Virus record (IMG/VR): IMGVR_UViG_3300017589_000105 | Span: 1-38,988 of that record | Source of the DNA: a virus | Lineage: Duplodnaviria; Caudoviricetes | DNA: 38,988 nt | Strand: one strand, 5' to 3' | Shown: piece after piece, positions 28,481-37,129 of the stretch | How positions within the stretch are numbered: the first letter of the stretch is position 1 | Layout: every line of letters starts with the position of its first letter | Program-made: the position numbers and the translations under genes | Notes under the pieces: model-generated | The model's input: only the letters and a program-made list of their open reading frames with translations | Databases searched by the model: none | What the model was told of the DNA's origin: nothing

Positions 28481-29137
28481 ATGGAACTTTTTATTGCCTT
28501 GCTTACAGTAGGTGTTCCAGGTTTTTTTTCCTACTGGTATCTAAACCAAATTGGCTTTCTTAGCTACTCGGATAGAGCTAAAGAAGAGAAGAGAAGTATA
28601 CAAATTCTTTTGTCTTTTATTAATGTAGGTGTTTCTTTATTTGTTTGGTTACTAGTGGAGAACAAAGGTAACTTAGAATCTCCTTTACAATTTAAAACGA
28701 TGCAAATGATTGATGTGATAACATTACTATCCATAAGTATTGTAGTAATCTTCATACTAACCAGATGGATATATCCAATGATCATAAAATATTTTATGAG
28801 TAAGATGGAAAAATTCAGAGTAAAGCACAATTTACCTTTGAAAACTCAAGAGACAGTTTATGAAATGCTGGTTCATAGAAAAGAATATGCACACACACAG
28901 GTGTATGTATTCGATTTCGATGATCAATTCATTGAAAGTGGATATTTAAGTAAGTTTAGCGATAATACAGATTCAATAAATTTATCACTAGCGCTTGACA
29001 CATTCCATATTACACAAAAATATGAATTAGTAGATATCTTAAGGATGTTCAATGGGGAACATTACCCAAATGATGCCAAAGAAATTTATTTGGATTTCGA
29101 TAGAAGAATTAAAATATTTTTCTTTTATCATAATTAA
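28481..29137 (+). CDS. Three-TM membrane protein with soluble beta-rich C-domain (DUF6338-like architecture)
   Basis: LLTVGVPGFF start, three hydrophobic helices; AT-rich; opposite strand to its neighbours. Confidence 0.8.
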   Translation: MELFIALLTVGVPGFFSYWYLNQIGFLSYSDRAKEEKRSIQILLSFINVGVSLFVWLLVENKGNLESPLQFKTMQMIDVITLLSISIVVIFILTRWIYPMIIKYFMSKMEKFRVKHNLPLKTQETVYEMLVHRKEYAHTQVYVFDFDDQFIESGYLSKFSDNTDSINLSLALDTFHITQKYELVDILRMFNGEHYPNDAKEIYLDFDRRIKIFFFYHN

Positions 29138-29214
29138 GGTCTTGGGTTAAAAGGTTGTGGGCGACTTGGTAATGGATTTTGTCCGCCTCTTGTTTCATTA
29201 TTAGGTTTTGACAT
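29134..29214 (-). CDS. 26-aa Pro-rich peptide MSKPNNETRGGQNPLPSRPQPFNPRP
   Basis: Strong RBS AGAAAGGAGT 6 nt before ATG; stop overlaps the stop of the convergent gene; absent from the ORF track. Confidence 0.7.
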   Translation of the reverse strand: MSKPNNETRGGQNPLPSRPQPFNPRP

Positions 29215-29302
29215 AATAAAACTCCTTTCTATGATTCTATGCATTTAAAATAATATATTCCCTCACTCCTTACCGTCCAAAGTAGGGGAGTGGGGTTATT
29301 TT
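29208..29302 (+). ncRNA. Candidate antisense RNA unit (promoter plus terminator hairpin)
   Basis: TTGACA-16-TATGAT; hairpin 29261-29295 with G-U pairs valid only on the + strand, followed by TTATTTT. Confidence 0.5.
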
Positions 29303-29763
29303 GTTAATATTGGATATTCAATTTGTCCGTTTGAAACTATGAATAATGATTCCCCATTTTCGTTCGGATTATCTAACTCAATGCTGATATCTTGTGCAAT
29401 TTTGTCTTCAATAAGATTTGACATTTCAATCACTGAACTCGCCATATCTTTAATTGTTTTTTCGTGTTCCGCATACTTCGGATCATTCGCGACTTTTTTT
29501 AGTGTTTCCGTTTCTGACAAACCGTCTTTCGGGGTCAAATGAAATGTCCTAGTTGCATTTGAATAAGTTATATCGGAAAAGCTTGAAAATCCTTCTTCTA
29601 ACGCTGATTTTATTTTATCAATATCCTCTTGCTGCACATCATCAACCAACATTGATGCGACTTCGCTGGATACTGAAGTCGATGAGGACTTCTCTTCGTT
29701 GGAATTACTACAACCAAATAGCGTGAAGGTACACAGTCCAATAAGCAATAGATGTTTCTTCAT
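29296..29763 (-). CDS. Lipoprotein, candidate superinfection exclusion protein
   Basis: MKK, hydrophobic core, lipobox LFGC, Ser-rich linker; lies between cI and int. Confidence 0.85.
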   Translation of the reverse strand: MKKHLLLIGLCTFTLFGCSNSNEEKSSSTSVSSEVASMLVDDVQQEDIDKIKSALEEGFSSFSDITYSNATRTFHLTPKDGLSETETLKKVANDPKYAEHEKTIKDMASSVIEMSNLIEDKIAQDISIELDNPNENGESLFIVSNGQIEYPILTK

Positions 29764-29860
29764 GATCATTCCTCCTAGATGTTTGGTAATTTACAGCAAT
29801 AATCTGCCGTTAGCATGAGTACAAACTAATAAATACAAAAATATTTAACGATTAAAGATA

Positions 29861-29948
29861 TTGCTTTTAATTTAACGTTTGTTATAATGAGAGCACCATA
29901 TCGCATCATAGCATGAACCCTTACTCTTTTTGAGTGAGGGATTTTTTT
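29861..29948 (+). ncRNA. Candidate ~55-nt small RNA convergent with cI
   Basis: TTGCTT-16-TATAAT with extended TG; CCCTTACTC-TTTTT-GAGTGAGGG then a T7 run; no ORF with RBS. Confidence 0.5.
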
Positions 29949-30558
29949 ATGGCTTCGAAACGATTTCCATTACTTTTCCGATAATTCTGGCCGGATTTTT
30001 TTCATTGACCAATATCGGTTCATAAGCATCGTTTATCGGCTCTAAAAGCATGATGCCATTCATTTTTCTTACGCGCTTTAAAGTACCTTCAGTATCGCCG
30101 TTCACTAAAACTGCGGCTATTTCTCCGCTTTCTACATCATTTTGATAACGGCATAAGACGAGAGATTGATCCGGTATTTTTGGTTCCATGCTGTCGCCTT
30201 TTGCTTGCAAGTAATAGACCTCTCCACTAGGTAAATCAACAACACTCCTTTTCTTGTAGTACTCTACATTCTGTTCAGCCGTTATCGGATCCCCACACGC
30301 TATCGTCCCAATTACTGGAATATTTACAACCTCCTTTATATGACTGATATTCTCCAATTCGTCCAGCGCCATCAAATATGAAGGAGACACCTCGAATAAT
30401 TCGCTCATCTTCTTGATAACAGATCGCTTCATATTCTCCACGTTTCCTTTTTCATACTTTGCTATAGCTGATTTTTGCATCCCGACCTTTTCGCCAAGCT
30501 CCTCCTGTGTCCAGCCCTTTGAAGTTCTTAAAAATTTGATTCTTTCACCCATATCCAT
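29947..30558 (-). CDS. cI: CI-like repressor (XRE HTH plus S24 autopeptidase)
   Basis: HTH WTQEELGEKVG; IACG cleavage site; GDSM Ser and TLKR Lys. Confidence 0.95.
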   Translation of the reverse strand: MDMGERIKFLRTSKGWTQEELGEKVGMQKSAIAKYEKGNVENMKRSVIKKMSELFEVSPSYLMALDELENISHIKEVVNIPVIGTIACGDPITAEQNVEYYKKRSVVDLPSGEVYYLQAKGDSMEPKIPDQSLVLCRYQNDVESGEIAAVLVNGDTEGTLKRVRKMNGIMLLEPINDAYEPILVNEKNPARIIGKVMEIVSKP

Positions 30559-30632
30559 ATCATTCGCTCCTATCAATAACATGTATCTAAATTATCACAT
30601 TTCACAACTAATGTCGAATAACTAATAAAAAA

Positions 30633-30706
30633 GTTGAAATAAAAGACACTTTTAGATTGACGACTCACAAACACCATGCTAATATAAAGGTGTCCTAAAA
30701 AGACAC
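30633..30706. promoter_or_regulatory. Genetic switch: lytic promoter and operators
   Basis: TTGACG-17-TAATAT (30657-30685); operator GTGTC-N7-GACAC at 30690-30706; half-matching site at 30633-30649. Confidence 0.75.
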
Positions 30707-30719
30707 AAATGGAACAGAG

Positions 30720-30938
30720 GTGAGGAAATTGGATACAAGAAGAATTAAATCTCTGATGGTTTTAAACGGAGATACTTTAGCGACTTTATCTGAGGTTGTT
30801 GGCTGCACAAAAGAAACGCTTTCTAAGAAAATTAATGAGTGGGAGGGTTCTGAATTCACGCAATCTGAAATTAAGGCTGTAAAAGATTATTACAATCTAA
30901 CGCCACAAGAAGTTGATTCAATTTTTTTTGCAAAGTGA
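30720..30938 (+). CDS. cro: Cro-like HTH regulator
   Basis: Divergent from cI; TLSKKIN...EFTQSEI motif. Confidence 0.85.
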   Translation: MRKLDTRRIKSLMVLNGDTLATLSEVVGCTKETLSKKINEWEGSEFTQSEIKAVKDYYNLTPQEVDSIFFAK

Positions 30939-30955
30939 GTGTCTAAAAAAGACAC
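30939..30955. promoter_or_regulatory. Distal operator downstream of cro
   Basis: GTGTC-TAAAAAA-GACAC, near-identical to 30690-30706. Confidence 0.7.
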
Positions 30956-31037
30956 GATTATCTATATCTCTATTATATTCCTACTCATAACGAAACGCAC
31001 GGTTGGTGACCGTAAAAACAAAAAAGGAGAAATGATC

Positions 31038-31835
31038 ATGAATGAACTGAAAATATTCGATTTCGAAAATCAGGAAGTTCGGATGCAGGTTGTTGACGGA
31101 GAACCATGGTTTGTAGCAAAAGACGTTTGCGATGTGTTGGGAATTTCAAACAACCGGCACGCATTAAGTAGGTTGGATGACGATGAGAAAGACGACGTCG
31201 TTTTAAACGACGGCATCAGAAACAGAAATTTTTCAATAGTAAACGAGTACGGTTTATATAATCTAATACTCTCTAGTCGCAAGCCTGAAGCGAAAGAATT
31301 TCAACGCTGGATAACTCATGAGGTAATTCCATCAATCCGAAAACATGGCGCTTACGCAACTGAAAACGTCCTGGAGCAAGCAATCGGAAATCCCGATTTC
31401 ATGATTGGATTGCTTTCCAGTTTGAAATCAGAACAGGAAGCCAGAAAGAAAGCTGAACAGACAATTGAGGCACAGCGACCGAAAGCCTTGGTAGGAGAAA
31501 TGCTGGAAGTATCACAGAACAGCGTTTCCGTTAAGAAGCTGGCAACGATATTGAAGCAGAACGGCTTCAATACTGGCCAAAATAGACTGTTCGACTGGTT
31601 GCGGGAAAACGGCTATCTCATTACAAGGTATGGAAGCAGCCGAAACATGCCTACTCAGAAGGCAATGGACCTTGGTTTGTTCGAGTTGAAACCAGCGTCA
31701 TATTTCCGAAACAGCGGAATTATGGAAACTGATTACACACCAATGGTTACTGGAAAAGGCCAAGCGTATTTTTTGAGGAAATTCAAAGAGTTAGAAGTTA
31801 GTAACAGTCAAGAAAAAATGGAGGTATTACCATGA
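31038..31835 (+). CDS. ant: Antirepressor (BRO-N plus KilAC/ANT)
   Basis: EPWFVAKDVC, SIRKHGAY, GQNRLFDWLR and VTGKGQ motifs; AGGAG RBS. Confidence 0.92.
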   Translation: MNELKIFDFENQEVRMQVVDGEPWFVAKDVCDVLGISNNRHALSRLDDDEKDDVVLNDGIRNRNFSIVNEYGLYNLILSSRKPEAKEFQRWITHEVIPSIRKHGAYATENVLEQAIGNPDFMIGLLSSLKSEQEARKKAEQTIEAQRPKALVGEMLEVSQNSVSVKKLATILKQNGFNTGQNRLFDWLRENGYLITRYGSSRNMPTQKAMDLGLFELKPASYFRNSGIMETDYTPMVTGKGQAYFLRKFKELEVSNSQEKMEVLP

Positions 31836-32086
31836 AGCTCATTGAACTGGCAAAACAAACAATCGAAAACTGCTGTGATTGCAGCATCGTTGATCCGGAA
31901 ACAAATGAGACCCTAGCTATCGGGATGCAGCTGAATAACAGTATCAGCATCATACATTATGGGGATAGCGGAAAGGTTTACGTTTTTGAAGAAAAAGACG
32001 GAGAAGCAAGCGAGTTGTTTGAAGTCACCGAAGAATTTCTCACTGCATTCCAGTCGCTGTTTGAATGTATCAATGAACTGAAGTAA
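31832..32086 (+). CDS. Hypothetical protein
   Basis: GGAGGT RBS, ATGA coupling. Confidence 0.75.
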   Translation: MKLIELAKQTIENCCDCSIVDPETNETLAIGMQLNNSISIIHYGDSGKVYVFEEKDGEASELFEVTEEFLTAFQSLFECINELK

Positions 32087-32102
32087 ATGGAGGGGTAGAG
32101 GG

Positions 32103-32267
32103 ATGGAGAAAGAAAAACATGAAATTACAGTAAACATAAAAACAAACCTCAACGAGTACCAAGAACTTGTACAGAAGCTCGCGGGACAAGTCGAGGAATT
32201 GACTAAAACTTTTGGCAGCATAAATAATTTCCGATTTGAATTTGAGCCTAATCAAAATTCAAATTGA
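32103..32267 (+). CDS. 54-aa coiled-coil hypothetical protein (not in ORF track)
   Basis: GGAGG/GAGG RBS; MEKEKHEITVNIKTNLNEYQELVQKLAGQVEEL... Confidence 0.6.
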   Translation: MEKEKHEITVNIKTNLNEYQELVQKLAGQVEELTKTFGSINNFRFEFEPNQNSN

Positions 32268-32463
32268 ATTCTATTTCTGCATTGCAATGTGGGCAATTGT
32301 TCAAACCGGCTTTTACCTGAATATCCTTATTGCACTTAGGACATTCAACATCAAATTCACGGTCTGAAAGAGCACTCCTTGCCTGTTCGTAAACAGCGCT
32401 TTTTAAATCTTTTTCAAAACGCCGCATATCAGAACTGCTGCCTAAACTGTAATTTTTTGTCAT
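32248..32463 (-). CDS. Small Zn-ribbon protein, antisense to the early operon
   Basis: CPKC...CPHC; GAGGTG RBS. Confidence 0.75.
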   Translation of the reverse strand: MTKNYSLGSSSDMRRFEKDLKSAVYEQARSALSDREFDVECPKCNKDIQVKAGLNNCPHCNAEIEFNLNFD

Positions 32464-32599
32464 TTTTTTTCACCTCGGTTCTTATACATAGATTTGCAGG
32501 AAACTCCGGGCGAAGGCGAGTCCTACAAATTAAGTATACAAGATATATACGGGAAATGTAATCAGAATACACAATATATAGCATTTAGGAGGCAAGGCT

Positions 32600-32800
32600 A
32601 TGTGGGAGACCGTTGAAAAAATATTAAAGGAGAAGGGTTTGAACCAAGAGCAGCTAGCCAAACGCATGAAGGTTCATTCCGGCACAGTATCAGACTTAAA
32701 AAAAGGCCGAATCAAGAAGCCTAGCTTCGAACTGATGTGCAAGATCGCAGATGCATTAGAAGTTAGTCTGGACGTGTTCAGGGAGAAGGAGGAACAGTAA
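32600..32800 (+). CDS. XRE-family HTH regulator
   Basis: LNQEQLAK...KPSFELMCKIADALEVSLD. Confidence 0.9.
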   Translation: MWETVEKILKEKGLNQEQLAKRMKVHSGTVSDLKKGRIKKPSFELMCKIADALEVSLDVFREKEEQ

Positions 32801-33093
32801 TGAGTGAAGTAATCACAGCGATGCCGAAGAGGGCATGTAATTTAAAAGAAGCGGCCGAGATCCTGGATATCTCCTATCACAGCTTACGGGCATTGATAAA
32901 TGCGGGGGCCATTCGTCCGATATACCTTCCGCAGGCAAAAGTGACGGATGTCGAAATCGACAGATTTATCCGAAGTGTCCAAAAAGACGGAGAGAAATAC
33001 AAGGAACTGCTTGAAGAAAACAACCGGCGCGTATCCGCGAAAAAGCCGGTATTAAAAGAAGATACTATCGAAACATTGGAGGTTGTGAGATGA
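32800..33093 (+). CDS. Excisionase-like winged-HTH protein
   Basis: NLKEAAEILDISYHSLRALINAGAI motif. Confidence 0.7.
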   Translation: MSEVITAMPKRACNLKEAAEILDISYHSLRALINAGAIRPIYLPQAKVTDVEIDRFIRSVQKDGEKYKELLEENNRRVSAKKPVLKEDTIETLEVVR

Positions 33094-33218
33094 AAGTTTT
33101 TACGAATGAGTTTGAGGATAGGTTGGTCAGCATTATCGGCACGGTCCTAGTGGTTAGTATCGTTCTACTAATTTTTGGGGTCGTCGGCGGGTTAGAACAA
33201 GGATTAATAGGGAGGTGA
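33090..33218 (+). CDS. 42-aa single-TM protein (not in ORF track)
   Basis: GGAGG RBS, ATGA coupling; IIGTVLVVSIVLLIFGVVGGL. Confidence 0.7.
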   Translation: MKVFTNEFEDRLVSIIGTVLVVSIVLLIFGVVGGLEQGLIGR

Positions 33219-33223
33219 TAAAG

Positions 33224-33418
33224 ATGGACAAAGCAAAATATTTTGAATTGCTGCTACAAATGGAGTTGGCTGAAAACTGCCATCGCGACATGATGATTTC
33301 GGCAGCAAAGCATCAAGCAGATGCGGATAGAGCAGCAAGGAAGGCACGCGCATTCGAACACAAAGCAGTTAAGTTACAAAGACAGTTAGAGATTCTGGAA
33401 GGGGAAGCGATGCAATGA
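33224..33418 (+). CDS. Hypothetical coiled-coil protein
   Basis: GGAGGTGA RBS. Confidence 0.75.
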   Translation: MDKAKYFELLLQMELAENCHRDMMISAAKHQADADRAARKARAFEHKAVKLQRQLEILEGEAMQ

Positions 33419-33675
33419 GTTTAGTATTACTGTCAAATGTATTGGGTAAACGCGGGATCACACACAAGCAAAGCAAGGCAGATCGTAATTTTGTACAAGT
33501 CTATGAATTAATTGACGGCAGATCAGTTCCGGTCCTACAGGTAAATATCATAGATGGCTCATTTTTGGAAATGCCGCATTACGCTAGTTTAACTGACAAG
33601 AACAAACGGACGTTGGCAGATGCGAAAACGGAGTACAAACGGAGGTTTCAAGCGTGGTACAAAAAAAGCCACTGA
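33415..33675 (+). CDS. Hypothetical protein
   Basis: ATGA coupling. Confidence 0.75.
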   Translation: MSLVLLSNVLGKRGITHKQSKADRNFVQVYELIDGRSVPVLQVNIIDGSFLEMPHYASLTDKNKRTLADAKTEYKRRFQAWYKKSH

Positions 33676-33729
33676 TCGCCGGCAAGCAAAATCAGTGGAT
33701 AAACAAAACATTTATGAGGTGAGTATATC

Positions 33730-33915
33730 ATGAACAGAACAAATTTTGAACGATTTTTGGAACCGGATGAACCAAGGGTGTTTAGTTCTGATTGGGAAGG
33801 AAATGAAATCTATGAAGGCGATGAATACGTGGAGACGGAGATGGGGCTTGTCCGTTTGGATGATATTCCCCGGTTCGTTAAGGAAACGCAGAAAGTGATG
33901 GTGGCAGGAGAATGA
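33730..33915 (+). CDS. YqaI-like small acidic protein
   Basis: DWEGNEIYEGDEY motif; directly upstream of the YqaJ gene. Confidence 0.65.
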   Translation: MNRTNFERFLEPDEPRVFSSDWEGNEIYEGDEYVETEMGLVRLDDIPRFVKETQKVMVAGE

Positions 33916-34859
33916 GACAAAGAATCCCAACCAAAAATATGAGCCGGGAAGACTGGCTGCAGCTGAGAAGAACCTCTATAGGCGGCAGCGATGTAGCCAC
34001 AATCCTGGGCTTCAACAAATACAAGAGTCCTTACCAGTTGTGGTTGGACAAGACGGGGCAGATTGAAATTGATGCATCGGATCCAAGTGAGGCAGCTTAT
34101 TGGGGGAATGTGTTCGAGAAGACAGTGGCGGAGGAATTTACGAAACGTACAGGTGCTAAGGTTCGGAACGATAATCACATGTATTTCCATACAAAATATG
34201 ACTTCTTGAGCGCAAACGTGGATAGACAAGTTGTTGGAGAAAACGCCATTCTCGAATGCAAAACCGCAAGCATGTTCCTGTCCGACAAATGGGAAGGTGA
34301 GAACATCCCAGATCAGTACATCTTCCAGGTGCAGCATTATCTGAATGTCTTGGATAAAGAGTATGCCTATATCGCCGTATTGGTGGGCGGGCAGAAGTTC
34401 CAGTGGAAGCGAATAGATAGAGACCAGGAACTAATTGACATCATTCAGGAGCGCCTGATTGCGTTCTGGGAGGTCAATGTAAAGCAGAATGTTGCGCCTC
34501 CGATTGATGGGAGCCAAGCGGCAACGGACTTCCTGAAGGAACGCTACGCCACCAGTGAAGGGGGGAAAGAAATCACCCTGGCATCTTCCTTCGATGAAAC
34601 AATCTCTCTGTTGAACGAGGCCAAAGCCGCCAAGAAGACCGTTGAAGAAACCATCAGCCTGTATGAAAATCAGATCAAATTGGCACTAGGTGAGGCGGAT
34701 GCGGAGATCGGCATCACGCCAACGAACCTCATTTACTGGAAGCCTGTCACAACGAACCGACTGGATACTAAGACTCTACAAAAAGAGCAGCCGGACATTT
34801 ACGAGCAATACCTGAATGCGTCGCAATCAAGAAGACTAACAATAAAGGGGATCAAATAA
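33912..34859 (+). CDS. yqaJ: YqaJ-like (lambda exo family) exonuclease
   Basis: IGGSD, ANVDR, LECKT and QVQHY motifs. Confidence 0.95.
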   Translation: MRQRIPTKNMSREDWLQLRRTSIGGSDVATILGFNKYKSPYQLWLDKTGQIEIDASDPSEAAYWGNVFEKTVAEEFTKRTGAKVRNDNHMYFHTKYDFLSANVDRQVVGENAILECKTASMFLSDKWEGENIPDQYIFQVQHYLNVLDKEYAYIAVLVGGQKFQWKRIDRDQELIDIIQERLIAFWEVNVKQNVAPPIDGSQAATDFLKERYATSEGGKEITLASSFDETISLLNEAKAAKKTVEETISLYENQIKLALGEADAEIGITPTNLIYWKPVTTNRLDTKTLQKEQPDIYEQYLNASQSRRLTIKGIK

Positions 34860-34860
34860 C

Positions 34861-35784
34861 ATGGCAACGAATTCGAGTTTGAAAAACCAATTACAAAACA
34901 GCGGCACCCAAGCACCAGGACAAGCAAAGCAGCTGGGCCTGAAATCACTTCTGAATTCTCCGGTAGTGCAAGAGAAATTCCGGGATGTGCTGAAAGAAAA
35001 ATCGCAAGGCTTTACGGCATCCGTTCTCAGTTTAGTGAACAATGACTCCTACCTAGCACAAAGCGAACCGATGAGCATCATCACCTGTGCGATGACCGCC
35101 GCAACACTTGACCTGCCGTTAGACAAAAACCTTGGCTATGCCTACATCGTACCGTTCCGGGATTACAAGGATGGCAACAAGCAAAAAGGGCAATTCATCC
35201 TGGGCTATAAGGGTTACATTCAGCTGGCGCAACGATCTGGCCAATATGAAGCCTTGAACGTCATCGAAGTATATGAGGGTGAGTTACTTTCCTGGAACCG
35301 TCTGACTGAAAAATTTGAGTTCGATCCGAACGGAAAACTGTCTGATGTCGTGATCGGATACGTCGGCTACTTCAAATTGCTGAACGGCTTCGAGAAAACC
35401 GTCTACTGGACCAAGCAGGAAGTGGAAGCACACCGCATTCGCAACAACAAAACTAAGAATAAGACAGAGCTCTCAGGTGTTTGGAAGACAGACTATGACT
35501 CAATGGCCAAAAAGACTATCCTCCGGAACATTCTTTCCAAATGGGGTATCTTATCCATCGAAATGCAAAAGGCTGTCACAACGGACGAAACGGTTCAAAC
35601 GCTCGATAAGGAAACCGGGGATATCCGCGATATTACGCCGGATGAGGATTTCGATGCGGTGCCGGACCAGGTGCCAGATAAGCTAGGAACATTCGTCACT
35701 GAAGATGGAGAAATCATCAATCTGGAAGACGAGGCTGCACAAGAATCTTTATTCGAAGAAAGAACAACCAAACCGAAAGATTAA
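34861..35784 (+). CDS. recT: RecT-family ssDNA annealing recombinase
   Basis: LGYAYIVPF, LGYKGYIQLAQRSGQY and MAKKT motifs. Confidence 0.95.
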   Translation: MATNSSLKNQLQNSGTQAPGQAKQLGLKSLLNSPVVQEKFRDVLKEKSQGFTASVLSLVNNDSYLAQSEPMSIITCAMTAATLDLPLDKNLGYAYIVPFRDYKDGNKQKGQFILGYKGYIQLAQRSGQYEALNVIEVYEGELLSWNRLTEKFEFDPNGKLSDVVIGYVGYFKLLNGFEKTVYWTKQEVEAHRIRNNKTKNKTELSGVWKTDYDSMAKKTILRNILSKWGILSIEMQKAVTTDETVQTLDKETGDIRDITPDEDFDAVPDQVPDKLGTFVTEDGEIINLEDEAAQESLFEERTTKPKD

Positions 35785-35828
35785 CCGAGAGGGGGATCAA
35801 TCCCCTCTTGATTGTGAGGTGAAAATGA

Positions 35829-36755
35829 ATGGCAAGGCCAAAGAAACAAACCGTTGATTATTTCCCACATATTGCTAACAGCGGAAAGACGATATTCATT
35901 CTCGAAAATCAATTCGGTAATGACGGATATGCATTTTGGTTCAAAACCCTGGAACTATTAGCAACTACAGACGGACATGTTATAGACACCAGAAACCCGA
36001 GTGAGTGGGAGTTTCTGGTAGCTAAAACGCGGGTGAGTGATGATAAGGCGCGCGAAATACTAAATTTACTGGGAAAGCTTGAAGCGATAGACAATGAATT
36101 GCTTCAAGTCGGAATCCTTTGGTGCCAAAACCTAGTGGACAATGTGTCCGACGTTTACAAAAAAAGAAAAGTAGACTTACCTACCAAACCTGCTCCAAAT
36201 AGTTTCGGACACCGGAAACATGAACAGTCAGAGGTTTCGGACACCGGAAACCACAGCACTACTGTAGTTATGGGTAACATTAATCCGCAAAGTAAAGTAA
36301 AGGAAACTAAAGTAAAGGAAACTAAAGTAGAGGAAAGTAGTAATCCAGAAAACAAGCCTCCAGCAGCCGCTAATATATTCACTATTTATGAGCAAAATTT
36401 CGGAATGCTCAATCCGATGGCGATCCAGTCTGTCGAGAAATGGGAAGCGGACCTTGGAGAAGAGTTGGTCATTGAAGCCATGAGGAGGGCTGCTGTAGAT
36501 AACAAAGGGTTTAGGTATGCCGAAGGGATCATGCGAAGTTGGGCTAATACGAACGTGAAGACGGTAGCGGATGCTGAAGCGCAAGACGTTGCTTACAAAC
36601 AGAGGCAGAAAGGTAATGTATCGAAAAAAGAAAAAATGCCTGAATGGGCTGAAAATGCCGCACCGGTAACGGAGACAGCACTTGACCCGGATCAGCAGCG
36701 GGCAATTCAAGAACGCATAGCACGGCTGAAGACCAGTCAGAAGAGGGAGGCGTAA
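35829..36755 (+). CDS. Replication initiator (DUF4373-like N-terminus plus DnaD-like C-terminus)
   Basis: MARPKKQTVDYFPH start; FRYAEGIMRSW DnaD motif. Confidence 0.9.
   Translation: MARPKKQTVDYFPHIANSGKTIFILENQFGNDGYAFWFKTLELLATTDGHVIDTRNPSEWEFLVAKTRVSDDKAREILNLLGKLEAIDNELLQVGILWCQNLVDNVSDVYKKRKVDLPTKPAPNSFGHRKHEQSEVSDTGNHSTTVVMGNINPQSKVKETKVKETKVEESSNPENKPPAAANIFTIYEQNFGMLNPMAIQSVEKWEADLGEELVIEAMRRAAVDNKGFRYAEGIMRSWANTNVKTVADAEAQDVAYKQRQKGNVSKKEKMPEWAENAAPVTETALDPDQQRAIQERIARLKTSQKREA
36202..36340. repeat. Iterons and A-rich repeats; probable replication origin
   Basis: GTTTCGGACACCGGAAAC at 36202 and 36234; AAAGTAAAGGAAACT tandem repeats. Confidence 0.7.
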
Positions 36756-36757
36756 GA

Positions 36758-37129
36758 ATGAAATACGAATTAGGCGATAAGGTGCGGATAAATTATCACT
36801 GGAAAAGGCAAAACCAAACGGAACAGCTAGAGCGGATGGGGATTTCGGATCTCGAAGACTACCTGATGTCTGATGAAATGGTAGGCGACTGTATGCACCT
36901 CGACAAATTCAAAAAAGAACCAATCGAGGAAGTTGGTTACATCTGCGGAATGAGAGAGTTTAAGGCCAACTACGGTGTAACTTATGTCTTTGATGAGGGG
37001 CATCTCGATGTCGGCATTCGGCAAATGGATGAAAAATCCGTAAAAGCGTACCTAGTAGCCACCCGCATGAACTGTTTGAGGCGCGTAAGCTTTGAAGATA
37101 TCGAATATATTGGGAGGGACAACCAATGA
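36758..37129 (+). CDS. Hypothetical protein
   Basis: GGAGG RBS; operon context. Confidence 0.8.
   Translation: MKYELGDKVRINYHWKRQNQTEQLERMGISDLEDYLMSDEMVGDCMHLDKFKKEPIEEVGYICGMREFKANYGVTYVFDEGHLDVGIRQMDEKSVKAYLVATRMNCLRRVSFEDIEYIGRDNQ

Noticed and set aside
30939-31037. N-terminal hydrophobic extension of the antirepressor in the ORF track
   Set aside because: The GTG lies in the operator with no RBS; a strong RBS supports ATG 31038
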